From the NCBI RefSeq assembly GCF_030684315.1, contig NC_081383.1:42288979-42352978 (forward strand): a DNA stretch of 64,000 nt, read 5' to 3'. The DNA is from Stegostoma tigrinum (lineage: Eukaryota). Positions 63,781 through 64,000 of this stretch are shown here, one piece after another; positions within the stretch are counted from its first letter, which is position 1, and every line of letters begins with the position of its first letter. A program made the position numbers and the translations under genes. The notes beneath the pieces are model-generated. The model did no database searches and was not told the origin of the DNA. It worked only from the letters and a program-made list of their open reading frames with translations.

Positions 63781-64000
63781 CTCACAGGCCTGGTTTCTTG
63801 ATTGAAGTGAATGCTTTAAAGATGGTGAGGATCTGGAAAAGAGAAGGATTTTTAGGCTGTGAGGTTCCCTGTCATTGAATCTCTTGGTAATTGGGTTCTC
63901 AGGTGAACTTCAACTGGAATAGGTTGGGTGTGTTCCCTCTGTTGGCAGCTTTCACTTCCAATTGCTAGCTGATTTCAAAAGCAAACAGCAGCATGGATTT

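Overview
Eukaryotic, repeat-rich genomic DNA. The repeat families (HE1/V-SINE, HER1/CR1 LINEs, DeuSINE remnants, Penelope-like elements) point to a cartilaginous fish, probably a shark (inference). Two protein-coding genes lie on the + strand. (1) A complete six-exon TRIM gene (RING, B-box1, B-box2, coiled coil, PRY/SPRY; TRIM25/TRIM16/finTRIM-like) with coding exons 22986-23525, 23928-24023, 25639-25872, 38682-38704, 41992-42140 and 54256-54800. All introns are GT-AG, phases are consistent, and the CDS is 1587 nt (528 aa). (2) The first two coding exons of FAM32A (58190-58260, 62460-62619) starting in a CpG island; the rest lies beyond the window. The remainder is mostly decayed retroelements. 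The most notable observation is a 124-bp templated copy of TRIM micro-exon 4 plus its donor, inserted into a Penelope-derived hairpin that supplies a new acceptor. This yields a frame-compatible 26-nt candidate alternative exon, with a hammerhead-ribozyme motif over its branch-point region. Also seen: a duplicated exon-3 donor, several Penelope-type minimal hammerhead motifs, a TATA-Inr promoter with an overlapping uORF, and a SINE-derived poly(A) signal. No wholly new multi-gene system is supported. Repeat boundaries are approximate and family names come from motif recognition, not a database search.
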